Of a stretch of DNA of 39,878 nucleotides, positions 26,310 to 33,901 are shown piece by piece. The position numbers and the translations under genes are program-made. Source of the DNA: a virus (lineage: Duplodnaviria > Caudoviricetes). How positions within the stretch are numbered: the first letter of the stretch is position 1; every line of letters starts with the position of its first letter. The DNA lies in the IMG/VR virus record IMGVR_UViG_3300007778_000013, positions 1 through 39,878 of that record; one strand, given 5' to 3'. Below the pieces are notes generated by a model that made no database searches, was not told the origin of the DNA, and worked only from the letters and a program-made list of their open reading frames with translations.

Positions 26310-28544
26310 ATGAAGCAAGCAATACTGGAAAGTTTGGAAAATAGAAAAAGTGAGATACCAAGTCGCAGTCAGCTGCGATATCTCATAGATCTAGACTTCA
26401 ATGATCACATTAACGACATAATAAGCATAGTGTATCTTTACACTAGACCTAAGAGAAACACAACTATTCCACATATCTTCTTAACTGAAGTAATTTGTGC
26501 AATAGGTCGCAAGATGATGCAATCTTTGAAAATGAAACAGAATTCATCTATTGCGGCAAAAACTGGAGCCTACGTTATTTACTCGTTTGAAGAAACAAAG
26601 CTTCTACAAGTAGTGCTTGGGCCAAGTATTAGAAAACATGCTGCTTATGTTATAAACGTATTAAAAGACGAAGAGATATGTAAATTATGGACAACTGTAC
26701 CATCCAGTACAATTGAAAAACTTCCTAACCTAAAGCCTTATGCGCCTTGGGAAAGCTTCAAGCATGAGACAGGTGTGAGCCTTGTAAAAACTCTTAGTGA
26801 AGACATTAAGAAGAAAATAAACATAAAGGATCAGCCTCTCATGTTTGAAGCAGTCAACCGTGCTCAAGAGGTAGGTTGGCAAATAAACCATGAGGTGTAT
26901 TCTATACATCTATGGGCATTCAAGTACAAGGCATTGGCGTTTTCAGATATCTGGAATGCACACAGTGCTGAAGCTAGAGCAACAAAGATGAGAGAGACAA
27001 AAGCAATTACAAGCATAGCTACACGCTTCTTGTATGATACTTTCTATCATCTTTATACTTACGATTTTCGTGGTCGTAAGTACTGCTCTACAGCATATTT
27101 GAATGAACAGGGTAGTGACCTTGCAAAAGGTCTTCTAATACGAGCAGATAAGAAGCCTATAGGAGAGAAGGGTTTCTACTGGCTATGTGTCAGTATTGCA
27201 TCTAATTGGGCTGGTGATGCCGGTCGTGAAGATGGTGCAAAGACTGATAAGATTCCTCTTGATGATCGTGCAGAGTGGACATTGAATAATGAAGATATTA
27301 TCATGTCCTATGCACAAGATCCTAAAGAGAATCAAGGCTGGATGGAAGCAGATAAACCGTGGCAATTTCTGGCTGCTTGTTTAGAGTTTAAGAATCTTCG
27401 TGATTGGCAAACAATGATCGAAGATCCTGATGACTACTCTTACGTCAGTGGGCTGGAAGCCTATATAGACGGGACTACTAACGGCAGTCAGCATTTGTCT
27501 GCATTAACGTTAGATGAGATAACTGCGCCTTTAGTTAATCTATTGCCATCTGATCTTCCAGGAGATCTCTATATGTATGTCGCAGGACATCTATGGGATC
27601 ACCTAGGAAAAGAGGTGGCTAAGATGACACCTAAAGCTCTGAAGAGTGCTAACAGGGTTATTGACTCTTTGATAGGTCTTAAGATGCAAATATCTTTGAC
27701 AGAGCCTAAATCAGATGAAAGGAAAGAACTTGTTGATCAGCTCAAAGAGTTTAAAGCGCAGTATAAGTCTGTAATCAGGGCAGCTGCTCCTGTATTCTGG
27801 CTACGTGTTAAAGATGCCAAGCATCAACGCAAAGTTGTAAAACGCGGTGTAATGACACTTCCTTATGGTGCTAAACCGTATGGTCTAGGTGAACAAGTCA
27901 TAACTGATAGTCGCAAACATGGTATTGATCTTCTCAATTACATGGAGCATATTTGGGGTGCTTATGCTGGTCGTGAGCTATTCAAGATATGTGAGGACTG
28001 TCTACAAAGACCTATGCGTCTATTGTCTACATTCGAGGAAGCTGGTAGGAAGAAAGAAGCTAAGGGTGAATTCCTTAAGTGGACTGTTCCAGTGACTAAC
28101 TTTCCAGTAGAGCAATACTACGTAGAAGGTGTTGTAAAGAAGACTTGGGTACCCTATGGCCCACCATCTGGTAAAGTCTTGAATACAGGCTATGATAAGA
28201 ATACTCTTCAGCTGAAGGTAGCTTACATAGAGCATTTGCAACCGTCTAAGTACAAACAGTCACAAGGTGCAGCACCGAACATCATACATAGTTTGGATGC
28301 AGCTCACTTAGTGATGACTGTATGTGCAGCAGACTATCCTGTTACAACTATTCACGATTCCTTTGGGTGTCTGTTAGCTGATATGCCTGATCTGTATATA
28401 ACTGTTAGAGAAACATTTGCACGCTTGTATGCACATGACCCTTTGACATCTATACTGCAAAACATCAATATGTCTAATGCAGACATTAAGAGAGGTAATC
28501 TGAATATCATTAAAGTAATAGACTCGGAGTATTGTTTCTCATGA
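26310..28544 (+). CDS. Single-subunit T7-family RNA polymerase RNAP-2
   Basis: YDFRGRKY, ADKPWQFLAAC, motif A DGTTNGSQH, motif B RKVVKRGVMTLPYG, APNIIHSLDA, motif C IHDSFG, C-terminal SEYCFS. Confidence 0.96.
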   Translation: MKQAILESLENRKSEIPSRSQLRYLIDLDFNDHINDIISIVYLYTRPKRNTTIPHIFLTEVICAIGRKMMQSLKMKQNSSIAAKTGAYVIYSFEETKLLQVVLGPSIRKHAAYVINVLKDEEICKLWTTVPSSTIEKLPNLKPYAPWESFKHETGVSLVKTLSEDIKKKINIKDQPLMFEAVNRAQEVGWQINHEVYSIHLWAFKYKALAFSDIWNAHSAEARATKMRETKAITSIATRFLYDTFYHLYTYDFRGRKYCSTAYLNEQGSDLAKGLLIRADKKPIGEKGFYWLCVSIASNWAGDAGREDGAKTDKIPLDDRAEWTLNNEDIIMSYAQDPKENQGWMEADKPWQFLAACLEFKNLRDWQTMIEDPDDYSYVSGLEAYIDGTTNGSQHLSALTLDEITAPLVNLLPSDLPGDLYMYVAGHLWDHLGKEVAKMTPKALKSANRVIDSLIGLKMQISLTEPKSDERKELVDQLKEFKAQYKSVIRAAAPVFWLRVKDAKHQRKVVKRGVMTLPYGAKPYGLGEQVITDSRKHGIDLLNYMEHIWGAYAGRELFKICEDCLQRPMRLLSTFEEAGRKKEAKGEFLKWTVPVTNFPVEQYYVEGVVKKTWVPYGPPSGKVLNTGYDKNTLQLKVAYIEHLQPSKYKQSQGAAPNIIHSLDAAHLVMTVCAADYPVTTIHDSFGCLLADMPDLYITVRETFARLYAHDPLTSILQNINMSNADIKRGNLNIIKVIDSEYCFS

Positions 28545-28870
28545 GGATCTATAGTACACTTGAGGAGATCGTAAACGAGAATAGCTTAATCTCTGATGTA
28601 GCAATGACCGTTTATGAAGAATATGTCAAGCCTGTGCTTGAAGAATATGATATGTCGATGAAAGAAATCTGTCGAATTGAAGTAGCCACGGCTACAAACG
28701 AAGTTGATATGTTTCTTTCTAATGACATATATGAGTTTATGGAAACGTCAAAAGATGGCAAAGCTACAGTAAAACTACGTATACTATCTGATGATGGCTG
28801 CGGAGTTTACTATGTTATTCCAAATGACTCTGCTTTAATTCTAAAAAGTAAAGGCACTCAAACCCGTTAA
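28541..28870 (+). CDS. Hypothetical acidic protein coupled to RNAP-2
   Basis: ATGA overlap with RNAP-2 stop; GGAG RBS upstream. Confidence 0.65.
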   Translation: MRIYSTLEEIVNENSLISDVAMTVYEEYVKPVLEEYDMSMKEICRIEVATATNEVDMFLSNDIYEFMETSKDGKATVKLRILSDDGCGVYYVIPNDSALILKSKGTQTR

Positions 28871-28875
28871 ATTAA
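28859..28875 (+). promoter_or_regulatory. Candidate phage RNAP promoter, class II, copy 2
   Basis: Exact repeat of 3035-3051, 45 nt before the SSB start. Confidence 0.65.
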
Positions 28876-28920
28876 CCCACATACTGGGATTAGGAAACAT
28901 TAAATAGGAAACAAATAACT

Positions 28921-29469
28921 ATGAAAATTGAAAATGCTGAAATCTGGTACCCGCGTTTAGACCCTAAGCGTCCAAACTCTAAATTCAACAAAGAGAATCC
29001 TACTTGGGAAGTACAGCTACGTACTACTGACAAGGAAGAGATGAAGCGTTGGAAGGCATTAAGTCTACGTGTAAAACCTGTAATGCCAGACGAAGGTGAA
29101 CCCTACTTTGCGTGTAATCTCCGTAAACGTTCAAAGAAACGTGATGGAAGTTCTGCTAACGCACCGAAAGTAGTAGATCACAAGTTAGACGAGCTAGATC
29201 CACGTACCATAGGCAACGGCAGTAAAGGTAATATTCGTGTATACCAATATGAGTCTACTTATGATGGCAGTACTGTAAGCATGTTACAAGCAGTACAAAT
29301 CACTGAGCATGTAGTCTATGAGCCTGTAGAACGTGATCCTGAAGATGACTTTCAGGTTACGAAAGGTAAAGTTATCAATGCAAATGGTGAGCCAGCAAAG
29401 GCACCACCTAAGCCTAAGTCACCAGATTTAGACGATCTTGACTTAGATGATGACGATGATGTATTTTAA
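28921..29469 (+). CDS. Single-stranded DNA-binding protein (T7 gp2.5-like)
   Basis: IGNGSKGNI...LQAVQITEHVVY motifs; acidic tail ending DDDDDVF. Confidence 0.85.
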   Translation: MKIENAEIWYPRLDPKRPNSKFNKENPTWEVQLRTTDKEEMKRWKALSLRVKPVMPDEGEPYFACNLRKRSKKRDGSSANAPKVVDHKLDELDPRTIGNGSKGNIRVYQYESTYDGSTVSMLQAVQITEHVVYEPVERDPEDDFQVTKGKVINANGEPAKAPPKPKSPDLDDLDLDDDDDVF

Positions 29470-29490
29470 TTAATACATTTTAATTAATAC
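29463..29490. repeat. 14-bp tandem duplication ATTTTAATTAATAC x2
   Basis: Direct reading; overlaps the SSB stop codon. Confidence 0.8.
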
Positions 29491-29496
29491 ATTAAC

Positions 29497-29521
29497 AAGG
29501 GATATCTTAGGGTATCCCTTT
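29497..29521 (+). terminator. Stem-loop/terminator after SSB
   Basis: AAGGGATATC-TTAG-GGTATCCCTT-T. Confidence 0.65.
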
Positions 29522-29538
29522 ACCTGAGGATTGATATA

Positions 29539-30105
29539 ATGAAAATTACTATTAGCGAACAAGATACTAATAAAAGGGTACATGATACAGAAGATCCTTT
29601 CCTTTGGGATTTCATTAATAAGATGAAATATGGTAGCTTTAAAGACGTCTTTGATGAGGGTTATCGTGTAAGTGCGACAACCAAAACAGGGACTTCTTAC
29701 TTCACCAGTGCTGATATGTATGAAGAATGGATATCTCAAATGGAGATGTCTACCTCTCGAATGCGTGAAGCCTTAGAGGATATTCCTGTTATGAAGAAAG
29801 AGAAAACTGTTGCAGAGCATGTAGACCCTGATCACTACAAGAGCTACTTTGGTGGCAATGGTCAAGTTGAAGAACTTCAGTGGTTAGAAGCCAAACAGTA
29901 TGAAGGTAAGTATCGTAGTCCTGTAATATTCAAAGCTTGTGTTGAATTTCAAGTCCGTAAGTACTTAGACCGTAATGGTGGTAAAGATAATTCAGTACAA
30001 GAGTTGATGAAGGCTCGATGGTATCTAGATTTCTTAATAGCTTATGAAAAGAATGATAATAAGCCTATACGTATAGATGATATACCTTTCATTCTCAATA
30101 TGTAG
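29539..30105 (+). CDS. DUF3310-like protein (T7 gp1.7-related; possible nucleotide kinase)
   Basis: HVDPDHYK...KYLDRNGGKDNSVQELMKARWYLD. Confidence 0.7.
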   Translation: MKITISEQDTNKRVHDTEDPFLWDFINKMKYGSFKDVFDEGYRVSATTKTGTSYFTSADMYEEWISQMEMSTSRMREALEDIPVMKKEKTVAEHVDPDHYKSYFGGNGQVEELQWLEAKQYEGKYRSPVIFKACVEFQVRKYLDRNGGKDNSVQELMKARWYLDFLIAYEKNDNKPIRIDDIPFILNM

Positions 30106-30106
30106 A

Positions 30107-30176
30107 TTGGCATAAATGTCTGCTGGTCCCAGATATTTTCCACACAGTCTAGTCCCGCTGTATGCCAAAAGGGACT
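30107..30176 (+). ncRNA. Candidate structured cis-RNA (junction plus pseudoknot) upstream of DNA polymerase
   Basis: Stems 30107-14/30161-68, 30115-22/30130-37 and 30145-47/30158-60; loop AGTCCC complementary to GGGACT at 30171-76. Confidence 0.5.
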
Positions 30177-30201
30177 TTCATAATTAACTATAGAGGCACA
30201 T

Positions 30202-32073
30202 ATGTCTAAATTTATCTTTGATATAGAGACTGATAATCTCTTAGATAAGTGCTCTAGATGTTGGATTGTGTATTTGAAAGACATTAAAACAGGTGAGAAA
30301 CATTACTTCTTAGAAGGTGATCTTGGCTGGCAAAAAATGATGTCTGAAGCTACGCTACTAGTTGGACACAATATTATTGGATTCGACTTACTAGCACTAG
30401 AGAAATTATTTGGATGGAAGCCTTCGGTTTCTACTAATATCCATGATACGCTTGTAATGAGTCAAGTTCTAGATTACAGAAGATTCGGTATGGAGGGTCA
30501 CAGTCTAGATGCTTGGGGTCAACACTTAGGGTTAGAGAAGATCTCATTCCATGAGTTCAGCCATTACTCTAAAGAAATGCTAGTCTATTGTGAGCGAGAC
30601 GTAGATCTTAACCACTTGGTTTATGATCATCTTGTCAAGGAAGCTAAGCGAATGATCGGACTGAAAGAGTCTGTATCAACCTATTTAAAAGTAGAACATG
30701 CCGTAGCTAGATTTTGTGCCAGATCTGCTTATGAAGGTTGGCCTTTTGATGTTCATGCTGCTGAAGAGCTATTTACAGAGCTTACAGAAAAGCTTGAATC
30801 AACAGAAGACGAACTAGAAAAGAAGCTAGGTGTCAAAGTCGTACCTAAGGACAAGGTAAAAGATGTTGTAGCTGTCAAAAAGCCTAAAGTAACTAAGTCT
30901 GGATGTTATGATCATCATACCGCTAAATGGTTTGATATAGATCCTGAGTCTTGGCTAGATGACGATAGGTTGGTAGAAGGAGAGTATTGTCGAGTAGAGT
31001 GCTTACCTCTAAAGCTAAGTTCTGTACATGATGTAAAGATCTTCTTGTACCGTAATGGTTGGGAACCTACTGAGTGGAATCTCAAGAGAAATCCTTTAGA
31101 CGGTTCTATGGAGAAAACTTCTCCTAAGATCACTGAAGACAGTCTAGAGTTTCTAGGCAGTGACGGTAAATTATATCTTGATTATTTGACTATAAAATCT
31201 AGACATGCTATCGTAAGAACATGGCTAGAGAACGTAGACAAAGAAGGAAGATTACATGGTGACTGTTTCCCAATAGGCACACCTTCAATGCGATCTAGAC
31301 ATCGTATTATTGTAAACGTACCATCTACTGACTCTATGTATGGTGTTGAAATGCGTAAGCTATTCAAGGCTGATGAGGGCTGGAAGATAGTAGGTTGTGA
31401 CTCTGCTGGTAATCAGGCTCGTGGTCTGGCTCATTATCTGAAAGATGAGGAGTTCACTGACATCCTGATTAATGGCGATATCCACGTATACAATGCTGAA
31501 AAGCTAACTGAAGTGATACAGGCCATGAAGATAGACTATACTGTTAGTCGATCTCAAGCCAAGCGCATTCTTTATGCTTTCTTGTTCGGTGCTTCTGGTG
31601 CTAAACTCTGGAGTTATATCTTTGGTAATCAAAACCAAAAGAAAGGCAACCAAATGAAGAAAGGCTTTACAGCTGCTGTACCTGGATTTAAGAATCTCCT
31701 AGAGAAGTTAGACAAGATATACAGTAAAACTAGACAGGACAGTCCTACTGAAGGCTATATACCGTCATTAGCGGGTATTAGAATTTATGTAGACTCTTAT
31801 CACAAATTACTTGTATATCTGTTACAATCTGCGGAGAAAGCAACCTGTGGTGCTGCTACAATGCTCATGATGCAATGGTTAGAAGAGGAAGAAATTCCTT
31901 ATAAACCTTGTATCTTCATGCACGATGAGTTTCAAATAATGGTTCCTGAAGAACATGCTGAGAGAGCCTTAGAGCTAGGTGTCAAAGCTTTTCAAGATGG
32001 TCCAAAGCTATTTGGAGTAGAGATCATGGACGGTGATGGTAGAATAGGCGATAATTGGTATGAAACTCACTAA
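30202..32073 (+). CDS. Family A DNA polymerase (T7 gp5-like) with 3'-5' exonuclease
   Basis: FDIET, GHNIIGFD and YCERDV exonuclease motifs; GCDSAGNQAR, RSQAKRILYAFLFG and HDEFQ polymerase motifs. Confidence 0.95.
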   Translation: MSKFIFDIETDNLLDKCSRCWIVYLKDIKTGEKHYFLEGDLGWQKMMSEATLLVGHNIIGFDLLALEKLFGWKPSVSTNIHDTLVMSQVLDYRRFGMEGHSLDAWGQHLGLEKISFHEFSHYSKEMLVYCERDVDLNHLVYDHLVKEAKRMIGLKESVSTYLKVEHAVARFCARSAYEGWPFDVHAAEELFTELTEKLESTEDELEKKLGVKVVPKDKVKDVVAVKKPKVTKSGCYDHHTAKWFDIDPESWLDDDRLVEGEYCRVECLPLKLSSVHDVKIFLYRNGWEPTEWNLKRNPLDGSMEKTSPKITEDSLEFLGSDGKLYLDYLTIKSRHAIVRTWLENVDKEGRLHGDCFPIGTPSMRSRHRIIVNVPSTDSMYGVEMRKLFKADEGWKIVGCDSAGNQARGLAHYLKDEEFTDILINGDIHVYNAEKLTEVIQAMKIDYTVSRSQAKRILYAFLFGASGAKLWSYIFGNQNQKKGNQMKKGFTAAVPGFKNLLEKLDKIYSKTRQDSPTEGYIPSLAGIRIYVDSYHKLLVYLLQSAEKATCGAATMLMMQWLEEEEIPYKPCIFMHDEFQIMVPEEHAERALELGVKAFQDGPKLFGVEIMDGDGRIGDNWYETH

Positions 32074-32114
32074 CTTTTGTAGAAATAACATATTGTACTA
32101 AAAAGGAAAAGTAC

Positions 32115-32438
32115 ATGACAAATGTAAGAGGTCGAAGTCGTTCGGCTTACAAAAAGTCAGTTCAGGAATCAATGACTAGGCATGACTTCAGTCAAATGCC
32201 TGTGGACGAGATTGAATTAGGCATTAACTTGAGAAACAGAGATGAAATTAAGTGGGTTCTAGAAGATCCGGCGCTTTATCCTGATGTTTCTGAGTTTATG
32301 ACTCTAAATAGAAGTGAGTTTGCAGCAACAAGTCTTGAAGAGTTTCCACCAATACTTGCTATAATCTACAAGCGTAAAAGTAGCATAAAGTGGGTAGTAC
32401 GGGAGATTACATATGACCACTTTAATAGTAGACGGTGA
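32115..32438 (+). CDS. Hypothetical protein
   Basis: 107 aa with AAGGA RBS. Confidence 0.6.
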   Translation: MTNVRGRSRSAYKKSVQESMTRHDFSQMPVDEIELGINLRNRDEIKWVLEDPALYPDVSEFMTLNRSEFAATSLEEFPPILAIIYKRKSSIKWVVREITYDHFNSRR

Positions 32439-33312
32439 TGTTGTTGTACACATGGCCTGTGGGGATCCGTGGAAAGAAAAACTCACAGAATTTGAAGAGA
32501 CAGGTAGATATAATCGAGAAGATCTAAAGGGTATTACTGAAATACCCGAGTACTATCCTCTTGAGGAAGATACAGCTCTCTTGAATCAATGTTGGCAAAA
32601 TCTGCTTGCAATACTGAGGGATATCAGTGAAGTAACCTTTGCCTCAGAGATGCTCATGGCTATAAAATCACCAGTGAATTATAGAGATGACATCTATTCT
32701 GATTACAAGGGAAAAAGGAACACATGGAGAATCCATAATCCGCTGATAGACATTGTACGCAGAAAGTGTGTTGAGAGAGGGTTTGCTATCGAAGCCTATG
32801 GAAAAGAAGCTGATGATTATATCCGTATCTGGGCAGAAGAAAGCAAATTTTACAAAAAGCCTTATGTGATAGCATCGATAGACAAAGACCTTCTATGCAT
32901 TCCAGGCAAACATTGGAATATAAAGAAGGAAGTGTTTATGGAGATGTCTGAATATGATGCCATGATTCATTATTATGCTCAATTGCTGCAAGGCGATAGT
33001 ACAGATAATATTCCTGGATTAAAGAACGTTGGGCCAGTAAAAGCTCTTAAAGCACTTGAGGGATGTGTAAACGAAAGACACTGCCAAGAGGTTGTAGTCT
33101 CTATGTATATAGAGAAACACGGAGACGATTGGAAACAATATCTCTTAGCAAACGGGAAACTCATACACATTCAAAAAGCAGAAAATGACTACTTCACTGT
33201 CAGCGATTGGGTTGTTAGTCAGGAGTTAGCTGCTTGTGAAGACACCAAAGGTGCCAGGAAAAACAAAGTCCAAACCAATCAAGAGACGACCGTCCAAACC
33301 GCAGTCGCATAA
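32413..33312 (+). CDS. 5'-3' exonuclease (T7 gp6-like)
   Basis: IVDGD, YKGKR, EADD, IDKDL, GDSTDNIPG and GPVKA motifs. Confidence 0.92.
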   Translation: MTTLIVDGDVVVHMACGDPWKEKLTEFEETGRYNREDLKGITEIPEYYPLEEDTALLNQCWQNLLAILRDISEVTFASEMLMAIKSPVNYRDDIYSDYKGKRNTWRIHNPLIDIVRRKCVERGFAIEAYGKEADDYIRIWAEESKFYKKPYVIASIDKDLLCIPGKHWNIKKEVFMEMSEYDAMIHYYAQLLQGDSTDNIPGLKNVGPVKALKALEGCVNERHCQEVVVSMYIEKHGDDWKQYLLANGKLIHIQKAENDYFTVSDWVVSQELAACEDTKGARKNKVQTNQETTVQTAVA

Positions 33313-33721
33313 TGGTCACTGGCAATACCCAAAACAAATGGGTAATGCAGTAGGGTTTATCTATCTTATTAGAGACCCTACTACAAAAAAGCTCTATTTG
33401 GGTAAAAAGCTCTATAGAGTCATGAAAGGCAAGACGAAAGGTAAAGAGTCTAATTGGAGAGTTTATCAATCGTCGTCTAAGTTAGTCAAGGAATTAGTGA
33501 AGACTAAAGGAAAAGACAAACTTGAGTTCTTTTGTGTTGCGGAGTACAACTCCAAGGGTAGCCTAGCATACGCTGAGACTTGGTCTCTCTGTCATGTCCA
33601 CGCTGTTACCACTGATGTATGGATGAATACACGCATAGATAAAATATCATGGAAGGTAACTGAAGAAATAACGTCCGATCATATTTCAAGGTTACAAAAG
33701 ATAATAAATTGGGAGATTTAA
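33236..33721 (+). CDS. GIY-YIG-like (Seg-type) endonuclease
   Basis: GFIYLIRDPTTKKLYLGKK...ESNWRVYQSSS...YAE...WMN. Confidence 0.7.
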   Translation: MKTPKVPGKTKSKPIKRRPSKPQSHNGHWQYPKQMGNAVGFIYLIRDPTTKKLYLGKKLYRVMKGKTKGKESNWRVYQSSSKLVKELVKTKGKDKLEFFCVAEYNSKGSLAYAETWSLCHVHAVTTDVWMNTRIDKISWKVTEEITSDHISRLQKIINWEI

Positions 33722-33901
33722 ATGCGAAACATTGTACTGATTGTTTGTGGTGTAGCTGCTATTGCCGCCTCTGTGATGATTATTGTAGAGGCATACAATG
33801 CCTTTGTATCAAATAGCCTTACATTAGACCACTATATTGGTATTGTAATCGTGTCTGCCTTTTTAGGTGGAATAGCCGCGAGGAATAATACAAATGGCTA
33901 A
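33722..33901 (+). CDS. Small membrane protein (59 aa, two TM helices)
   Basis: Not in ORF track; GGGAG RBS; fills the gap between nuclease and primase. Confidence 0.65.
   Translation: MRNIVLIVCGVAAIAASVMIIVEAYNAFVSNSLTLDHYIGIVIVSAFLGGIAARNNTNG

Noticed and set aside
30107-30176. tRNA gene in the polymerase leader
   Set aside because: No TTCGA T-loop or proper anticodon arm; only two inner stems.
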